This document shows positions 27,881 through 33,942 of a stretch of 33,942 nucleotides of DNA, in pieces. A model generated the notes under the pieces. It did no database searches and was not told the origin of the DNA. It worked only from the letters and a program-made list of their open reading frames with translations. A program made the position numbers and the translations under genes. Origin of the DNA: Methanothrix sp. GTDB lineage: Archaea; Halobacteriota; Methanosarcinia; Methanotrichales; Methanotrichaceae. The stretch spans positions 1 to 33,942 of the forward strand of contig JBAXWY010000030.1 in NCBI GenBank assembly GCA_037128175.1, in the 5' to 3' direction. Numbering within the stretch: position 1 is the first letter of the stretch; each line of letters begins with the position of its first letter.

Positions 27881-29064
27881 ACTTTTTTACCCTGGCGGCC
27901 AAGAACCTTCTACGCAGGAGGGGCCGGACCATGCTCACCGTTCTCGGTGTGGCCATTGCAGTATCCGTTCTCTTCAGCCTTCTGGCTCTCAATTCCGGTT
28001 ATGAAAAGGAGCTCTCCAAAGAGGTAAACAGCCTGGGCGTTCACATTCTGGCTGTGCCCAAGGGTTGCCCCTACGAGGCGGCCTCTTTGATCATGCATGG
28101 CGGCGTGATTCCCAAGTACCTCTCCGATTCCGATTACCGGAATGTGAGCACAATTGCCGGTGTTGAGCTGGCCGCCCCCATGCTTTTGCACCAGTTTATG
28201 AAAACGGACGAAAAGACCGGTGTCAGCACGCCGCACATCATTTACGGCATCAACATGGAAGAGACGAGGGAGCTCAAGCCCTGGTGGACGGTGGAGGGCA
28301 GATTCTTTTCCGATAATGAGACGCGCGTCATGCTGGTGGGCCGGGGTCTGGCGGACAAGGAGAACCTGAGCGTGGGGCAGGTGCTTCCCGTTGGCCCCAA
28401 GAAGGAGAACTTCACCATTGTGGGCATCCTGGGCCGGACGGGCGATCAGGACGACCAGTTCCACTTCTTCCCCTTAAAAGAAGCGCAGCGCGTCTTCAAT
28501 AAGCAGGGCATGATCACTACCATAGCCGTCAAGGTGAGGGATGTAAGCCGCATCGCCGCCGTCTCCCAGGAGATGGAAAAGATCCCGGACATTCAGGTGG
28601 TCACCATGACCCAGATCATGGGCACCATCATGAACCTGGCCGGCTCGGCGCGTTCGCTTTTGCTTACGGTAATTGCCATTGCGCTTATCATCAGCGCTTT
28701 TGGCATCATCAACACTCTGCTCATGTCTGTAAATGAGCGGACGCGGGAGTTCGGCATGATGAAGGCCATCGGAGCCTCAGGCCTGGACATCGGCAAGATG
28801 GTGCTGGCAGAGACGGTCTTCATTACTCTGCTGGGCGGCATCCTGGGCACTGTGGCAGCGGTGGTGGGCTCAAGCCTAATTGAGAGCTTCGTTAAGGGCA
28901 TGCTGCCCTACTCGCCTGGCGGATCGCTCATCTCTTACAGCCCGGAGCTGGTGGGCTTTGCCCTGGCCTTCTCCGTGCTGCTGGGCCTGGTCTGCGGCAT
29001 TTATCCGGCCATTAAATCCTCAAGGCTCTCGCCCATGGAGGCTATCCGGGGTGGCTTTGAATGA
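27877..29064 (+). CDS. MacB/FtsX-family ABC transporter permease
   Basis: KNLLRRRGRTMLTVLGVAI, a large extracytoplasmic domain, SVNERTREFGMMKAIGA and YPAIKSSRLSPMEAIR. Confidence 0.93.
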   Translation: MNFFTLAAKNLLRRRGRTMLTVLGVAIAVSVLFSLLALNSGYEKELSKEVNSLGVHILAVPKGCPYEAASLIMHGGVIPKYLSDSDYRNVSTIAGVELAAPMLLHQFMKTDEKTGVSTPHIIYGINMEETRELKPWWTVEGRFFSDNETRVMLVGRGLADKENLSVGQVLPVGPKKENFTIVGILGRTGDQDDQFHFFPLKEAQRVFNKQGMITTIAVKVRDVSRIAAVSQEMEKIPDIQVVTMTQIMGTIMNLAGSARSLLLTVIAIALIISAFGIINTLLMSVNERTREFGMMKAIGASGLDIGKMVLAETVFITLLGGILGTVAAVVGSSLIESFVKGMLPYSPGGSLISYSPELVGFALAFSVLLGLVCGIYPAIKSSRLSPMEAIRGGFE

Positions 29065-29759
29065 GCGGCATAATTGAGGCAAAGGAGCTATGCAAGGTCT
29101 ACCGGCGGGGCAGAGAGGAGATTCAAGCCCTCAAGAACGTTGACTTTAGCGTCAAGGCGGGCGAGTTTGTCTCTATCATCGGCCCCTCCGGCTCGGGCAA
29201 GACCGCCCTCTTGAATATGCTTGGTTGTCTTGACACACCCAGCAGCGGCAGTTTGCGCCTGAACGGCATCGAGATCGCGGGCCAGAAGGAGCGCGACCTG
29301 GTCAAGATTCGCAGGGAGAACATCGGCTTTGTCTTCCAGCAGTTCTACCTCATGCCCACGCTCACGGCGCGGGAGAACATTGAGCTGCCCCTGCTCTTTA
29401 GCAAAAAGAAACGCAGTGCGAAGAGGGTCGATGAGGTATTGCAGATGGTGGGGCTGGCCGATCGAGGCGATCACCTGCCCGGACAGTTATCAGGCGGCGA
29501 GATGCAGCGGGTGGCCATAGGCCGGGCTCTCATCAACGATCCCAAAATTGTGCTGGCGGACGAGCCCACGGGGAACCTGGACAGCGCCACATCGGAGATG
29601 ATCTTCGGTCTCTTTTCAGAGCTGAATAAGAGGGGCCTCACGCTGGTGGTGGTGACGCATAATCTGGATCTGGCTCGACGGGCGGAGAAGATGTACACGT
29701 TGCGGGACGGGCGGATCGTGAGCTGCGAGGAGCGAACGTGTGCGAGAGGGGCGGCCTGA
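29061..29759 (+). CDS. ABC transporter ATP-binding protein (LolD/MacB-like)
   Basis: GPSGSGKT, IGFVFQ, LSGGEMQR, LADEPTGNLD and VTH motifs. Confidence 0.96.
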   Translation: MSGIIEAKELCKVYRRGREEIQALKNVDFSVKAGEFVSIIGPSGSGKTALLNMLGCLDTPSSGSLRLNGIEIAGQKERDLVKIRRENIGFVFQQFYLMPTLTARENIELPLLFSKKKRSAKRVDEVLQMVGLADRGDHLPGQLSGGEMQRVAIGRALINDPKIVLADEPTGNLDSATSEMIFGLFSELNKRGLTLVVVTHNLDLARRAEKMYTLRDGRIVSCEERTCARGAA

Positions 29760-29854
29760 TTTATTAACTATTAAACAATTATTATTTTAAATGAATACTT
29801 CGCAGCTTGCAGCGGGGTGTGCAGAAACCTTATCAACAAAATTTTTTATATTAA

Positions 29855-31192
29855 TTACGATGATTGTCTTGCCTTTCCTTTCGCATGCCGCCTTTCCAGA
29901 TAGCTTACGGTCAATAGCAGCACCAGAGAGATGGCCATGCCCAGCAGTGGATAGCTTTGACCGAGGAACAGGGCAGTAGTTCCTCCCCCCACCAGCGCAT
30001 AGAGCGCTCCGCCCGAGGTCAGGCCCAGCCGCTCTTTGTAAAATCCGGCAACTGTCGGCAAGAGCAGGCCGCTGGTGAAGATCGTGTAGGCGATGAGCAG
30101 GGTCTTGATAATGCCGGGTAGCGAGATGGCCAGGAGGAGGGCAGACGCCCCAATGAGCACGACCATGATCCGGGAGATCTTCATCAGATGGGCAGAGCCT
30201 GCATTGGGCCTTGCCTTTTTGTAGATATCAAAGGTGAGGATGGATGTCACGGTCATGAGGCTTGTGTCCGCCGAGGACATGAAGGCCGCCAGAAGAGCGG
30301 CGGCTACCAGCCCCACCATTCCCGGCGAGAGAAGTCCCGTCATGAGCGAAAGAATGGCCCCTTCCGGTGGGGAGGCAGGATAAAGAGACCGGGAGAACAC
30401 GCCCAGGGATGTGATGATAAACGCCAGCGGTATGAGGATGATGGCCGCGAATAATGCCGAAATTTTTGCGTCTCTGGGACAGGAGGCGGAAAGCAGGCGC
30501 GAGTACATATCCGGGCCAACAAGATAGGCCGAGCCCACTACTATTATCATGGATAATACCTCCCAGCCACCCATTTGAGCCGATGTGGGAAAGCTATGGC
30601 TTAAAATAGGGCCCGGGCCGGCGAAGCTGAGTGCCGCAAAAAAAAGGATAACCATTCCTGTTATTATTATCAGAAACTGCACCAGATCGGTTCTCACTAC
30701 CGAGCTTTGCCCTCCGTGCGCTGTGTAGAGAACGAATACCAGGGTGCAGGCAATCATAAATATTGTGCCGTCTCCTCCAAAGATGGCGCCTAGGACCTTG
30801 CCGGCGGCCGCTATCTGCACAGCAATCACGCCAACCCAGGAGACGGCGATGAGAAGCGAGGCGGCAGTCCTTACCCTCTCGCCATAAAAAGAGCCCACCA
30901 GTTCCGGCAGAGTGTAGCATCCCTTCGCTCGGATCTTTTCCGCAAAAAAAAGCGACAGGATTAACATTCCTATGGTGCCGGAGAGCATCCACCAGGCCCC
31001 CGCTAGGCCGCTCTTAAATCCCAGGCCAGCCATGCCGATGGTGGAAGAGGCCCCTACAATTGTGGCACAAAAGGTGCCTGTGAGCAGAACCTTTCGCAAG
31101 CTTCGGCCCGCCAGATGAAAATCCTCCAAACCATGCAAGCGTAGCCCCCAGGCCCCAATCGTCAGCATGGCCAGCAGGTAAACCACTATCAC
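29855..31192 (-). CDS. Sodium:solute symporter (SSS) family protein
   Basis: DFHLAGRSL, GASSTIG, TLPELVG, GGQSSVVRTDLVQ and AAFMSSADT motifs; about 13 TMs. Confidence 0.92.
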   Translation of the reverse strand: MIVVYLLAMLTIGAWGLRLHGLEDFHLAGRSLRKVLLTGTFCATIVGASSTIGMAGLGFKSGLAGAWWMLSGTIGMLILSLFFAEKIRAKGCYTLPELVGSFYGERVRTAASLLIAVSWVGVIAVQIAAAGKVLGAIFGGDGTIFMIACTLVFVLYTAHGGQSSVVRTDLVQFLIIITGMVILFFAALSFAGPGPILSHSFPTSAQMGGWEVLSMIIVVGSAYLVGPDMYSRLLSASCPRDAKISALFAAIILIPLAFIITSLGVFSRSLYPASPPEGAILSLMTGLLSPGMVGLVAAALLAAFMSSADTSLMTVTSILTFDIYKKARPNAGSAHLMKISRIMVVLIGASALLLAISLPGIIKTLLIAYTIFTSGLLLPTVAGFYKERLGLTSGGALYALVGGGTTALFLGQSYPLLGMAISLVLLLTVSYLERRHAKGKARQSS

Positions 31193-31421
31193 GATGGCGG
31201 ATTGATTCGTAATTACATCGCCTCAATTGTAAACCGTACCGCGGGGTTTGGTTGACAATGATATAAATCTTTCCCAGAAAGCTAGCAGGCCCATGTGGTG
31301 CTTGGCAGGGTCTGCTTCGTAGGGAAAACAATATGAGATAGAATGTACAATCCAGAAATACAGAATGCATAACCTAGAGTGCATTAATTCCATTCAAAAT
31401 ATATCCTGGAAGGTGAAATAT

Positions 31422-31805
31422 ATGCGGATGTTTGCAAAGACGATATTGGTCTTGCTGGTAGCAGCATTATTGCTGCCTATGCTTGCTCTTGGCGTGGACG
31501 AGGTTGAGAAGCGTCCCGTAGAATCGGTTGCAGAGAATCTCTTTAACAAAGGCATCGGAAATGCGTGGGTGGGCGGCGATCCCTTTGCATCGAGCACGGG
31601 AACGGGCTACAACCAAATGCATGGTGTGGCAAGCCTCGATTTGGACTACCGGATCATTGGATATCTGAATGTGGCCTCCGGCTTAATTGTGGCAAGCGAC
31701 AGCGGCAATAGCCTGCATTTCACTCCGGGTCCAGGCAATTATCCGGTTTACGGATACTTCAAAGCAGACAAAATGATGGGGATTTTCATCGATTTTAACT
31801 TGTAG
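31422..31805 (+). CDS. Secreted hypothetical protein
   Basis: AGGTGA RBS then ATG 31422; signal peptide (KTILVLLVAALLLPMLALG); Gly/aromatic-rich mature region. Confidence 0.7.
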   Translation: MRMFAKTILVLLVAALLLPMLALGVDEVEKRPVESVAENLFNKGIGNAWVGGDPFASSTGTGYNQMHGVASLDLDYRIIGYLNVASGLIVASDSGNSLHFTPGPGNYPVYGYFKADKMMGIFIDFNL

Positions 31806-31818
31806 GATTGCGAAAGAT

Positions 31819-32238
31819 ATGTCGGGAAAATTGAGGGAGTATTTCAATAAGCAGCCGAGGCTTGGCGTCATAAGCACATCGAGTAAGGATGGAAAGGTCG
31901 ATTGTGCCGTTTACGGCTCCCCGCAAATGATCGACGAAAAAACTGTTATCGTGGCATTTGCCAGGGGCCGCACCTTTGCCAACCTAGAGGAAAATCCCCA
32001 TGCCGTATTCATGATAATGGAGCCAGGAGCGGGAATCCTTGATTGGAAAGGGATCCGGGTTTATCTGAAGATGTTGGAGTACGCCACCTCGGGGCCAAAG
32101 TTGGAAACGTACAAAAGCCAGATGGCCAAGGTTGTGGGCGAACAGGCGGCAGGGATGATTGCCGTGCTGGCAACCTTCGAGGTAACGGAAGTCCGGCCTC
32201 TGATCGATTTTGGGCAGGGCTGGGAGAAAGCAATCTGA
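31819..32238 (+). CDS. Pyridoxamine 5'-phosphate oxidase-like FMN-binding split-barrel protein
   Basis: ISTSSKDGKVDCAVYGS, RTFANLEENPHAVF, KGIRVYL and EVRPL motifs. Confidence 0.85.
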   Translation: MSGKLREYFNKQPRLGVISTSSKDGKVDCAVYGSPQMIDEKTVIVAFARGRTFANLEENPHAVFMIMEPGAGILDWKGIRVYLKMLEYATSGPKLETYKSQMAKVVGEQAAGMIAVLATFEVTEVRPLIDFGQGWEKAI

Positions 32239-32239
32239 A

Positions 32240-32833
32240 ATGAGATTGATCTATGCCGTTTTCATCCTTCTTCTGGCATTGATGACATCAGCAAATTGTC
32301 AGCAGACCGCAGAAGGATGGCTTAGTGATCTAGATCCCAATCTTGTCGTTTCCTGGATCGAAAAAGGCGTTACTCTCCATAACCAGGGCAGGTACGATGA
32401 GGCAGTTAGGGCTCTAGACGAGGCCATCAAGCAGGATCCCAATTATGCCTATGCCTGGAACATCAAAGGCGTTGTTCTCAGGAACCAGGGGCAGTCTCTC
32501 GATGACCCGGACATTGGTCTCGATGGCCAGGACAAGTACGATGAGGCCATGAAATGTTTTGATGAGGCCATCAGGCTTGATCCTAACCTTACCGAGGCCC
32601 GGGTCGACAAAGGCATTGCTCATCTTGGCCAAGGCGTTGCTCTCGCTCGCCTTGGTGTCGATGGCCGGAGCGAGTACGATGAGGCCATGAAATGTTTTGA
32701 TGAGGCTATCAGGCTAAATCCCAACAATGCTATGGTCTGGCGTCAAAAAGGCGTTGCTCTTTATAAAATGGGCCGAGAAACAGAGGCGGAAGCTGCCTAT
32801 GTCAGAGCCAAGGAGCTGGAGTATGAAGGCTGA
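32240..32833 (+). CDS. Secreted TPR-repeat protein
   Basis: Signal peptide MRLIYAVFILLLALMTSANC followed by TPR units (W..KG..L..QG.YDEA...DEAI..DPN). Confidence 0.88.
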   Translation: MRLIYAVFILLLALMTSANCQQTAEGWLSDLDPNLVVSWIEKGVTLHNQGRYDEAVRALDEAIKQDPNYAYAWNIKGVVLRNQGQSLDDPDIGLDGQDKYDEAMKCFDEAIRLDPNLTEARVDKGIAHLGQGVALARLGVDGRSEYDEAMKCFDEAIRLNPNNAMVWRQKGVALYKMGRETEAEAAYVRAKELEYEG

Positions 32834-33759
32834 TAACAGGTGCAATCGAAGACCCCTTTGGTACCGGATCCAAAGCCCTTTTTATCAAAGTACATCATGT
32901 CGTTCCAGCCCGCATAACAGCATGGTAACCAGCTATCTGCTTCATCACCGGTTTCATTGGAATTTTCGAATACAGATTTCATCTCTATTCTTCGTTTCAG
33001 ACCGTATGTACCGTAATACCGTTCTTCTCCCTCACTGAGGGCAGGATAGTTCTGGTGTTTGACATCGTACCGAGAATCTCTGAGCCTGTAGCTTAAATCC
33101 GCAATACCAGTTGTGTTAGCTTTGATTTCGTAACCTAAATATTTTGTAGGCTTGAATTCAGCCAAGATAATGGACTCATTGGTAGCCAGTACTGTAGCAT
33201 TCATCCTTTTTAGCCAAATAACAGACCTCTGTTCCTTAGAGAGCTCACGGTTGTACAAGAAGTTCGCACCCACAAAGTCTCCATTATTTCCCTCAAAATC
33301 TCGGTTATTTATCTGCTGGCCGGAATATGCTAGGGTTCTACTGGCTTTTATGAAGACCGGCCATTTCTCATTTTTGTACTCGATTGTGTATAGATCAGTT
33401 CCCGCGGGCTTATCTACTGTGATCTCGATTTCGTCCGGGTAAACAACGGACTGCATCATTATTTCATCCGCTGATTTGTAGCTACCTTCGAGAGAGCTTG
33501 TCCTCTGCCGAAGGCGTACGTCATTAGTTCCAATCTCTTCATAGTAGGATTGATATGGTCTTAGGATTCTACCACGAGACTCAACAGGTGATACTTTACC
33601 TTCCACAAAACTCGACAAGTCAAAACTAATATTACTGCCCTCACGATATATGGACCAGTGAGACGAGTTGGTGTCGACGTTGCTAGCCCAGAAGACTGAG
33701 TTAGCGTTTGAGGTTAGCAAGAAAATCGCTACAAGAAGAATCGCAAGATGCAGTCTCAT
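32797..33759 (-). CDS. Secreted hypothetical protein with C-terminal WLPCC...GVFDCTC motif
   Basis: 320 aa; signal peptide MRLHLAILLVAIFLLTSNANS; tail shared with 5202..6176. Confidence 0.82.
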   Translation of the reverse strand: MRLHLAILLVAIFLLTSNANSVFWASNVDTNSSHWSIYREGSNISFDLSSFVEGKVSPVESRGRILRPYQSYYEEIGTNDVRLRQRTSSLEGSYKSADEIMMQSVVYPDEIEITVDKPAGTDLYTIEYKNEKWPVFIKASRTLAYSGQQINNRDFEGNNGDFVGANFLYNRELSKEQRSVIWLKRMNATVLATNESIILAEFKPTKYLGYEIKANTTGIADLSYRLRDSRYDVKHQNYPALSEGEERYYGTYGLKRRIEMKSVFENSNETGDEADSWLPCCYAGWNDMMYFDKKGFGSGTKGVFDCTCYQPSYSSSLALT

Positions 33760-33942
33760 CCAAACCAGATATTCGATGAGAGGTAATTAAACCTTTTCAG
33801 AACGCTACAGTGCTTCCGGTTTTAGGTATATAAATTTTTGTCAAATTATTCCTCTCCTGATCAGCGAATATTAATATTATACCTTGGAGAGGATTCCTAT
33901 AAACCTGCCCAATTATTAATATGCAAAAGTATATATAGTATT

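Noticed and set aside
31200-31400. TPP or other riboswitch upstream of the SSS transporter
   Set aside because: No TPP consensus (CTGAGA...ACCTG) or other recognisable aptamer on the minus strand.

Overview
A 34-kb stretch of an archaeal methanogen chromosome. It is probably Methanothrix/Methanotrichaceae-like, inferred from the thermosome, RFC small subunit, archaeal-type IleRS, GGTGA/GGAGG ribosome-binding sites and a signal-peptide TPR gene. Housekeeping and transport genes (pgp-like HAD, thermosome, rfcS, ileS, cbiM/PDGLE, MFS, SSS, AI-2E, a MacB-type ABC operon) alternate with accessory genes. Highlights: (1) a >865-codon minus-strand ORF that the ORF track missed because it runs off the left edge; it encodes an NLR-like metallophosphoesterase-NB-ARC/STAND-TPR protein with a 55-bp exact repeat between TPR units; (2) two distant secreted proteins sharing a C-terminal WLPCC...GVFDCTC four-cysteine tail, plus a third likely relative without the tail, possibly a paralogous envelope/sheath protein family; (3) a Type IIG R-M gene whose target-recognition region is a sharply AT-rich cassette; (4) a membrane-anchored coiled-coil single-HKD PLD protein; (5) a Cys-motif OB-fold + MacB-type ABC operon preceded by a structured leader or Cys-containing uORF; (6) candidate non-canonical ATT/CTG start codons. 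I found no rRNA, tRNA, CRISPR array or transposase. All family calls come from motif recognition by eye; no searches were run.
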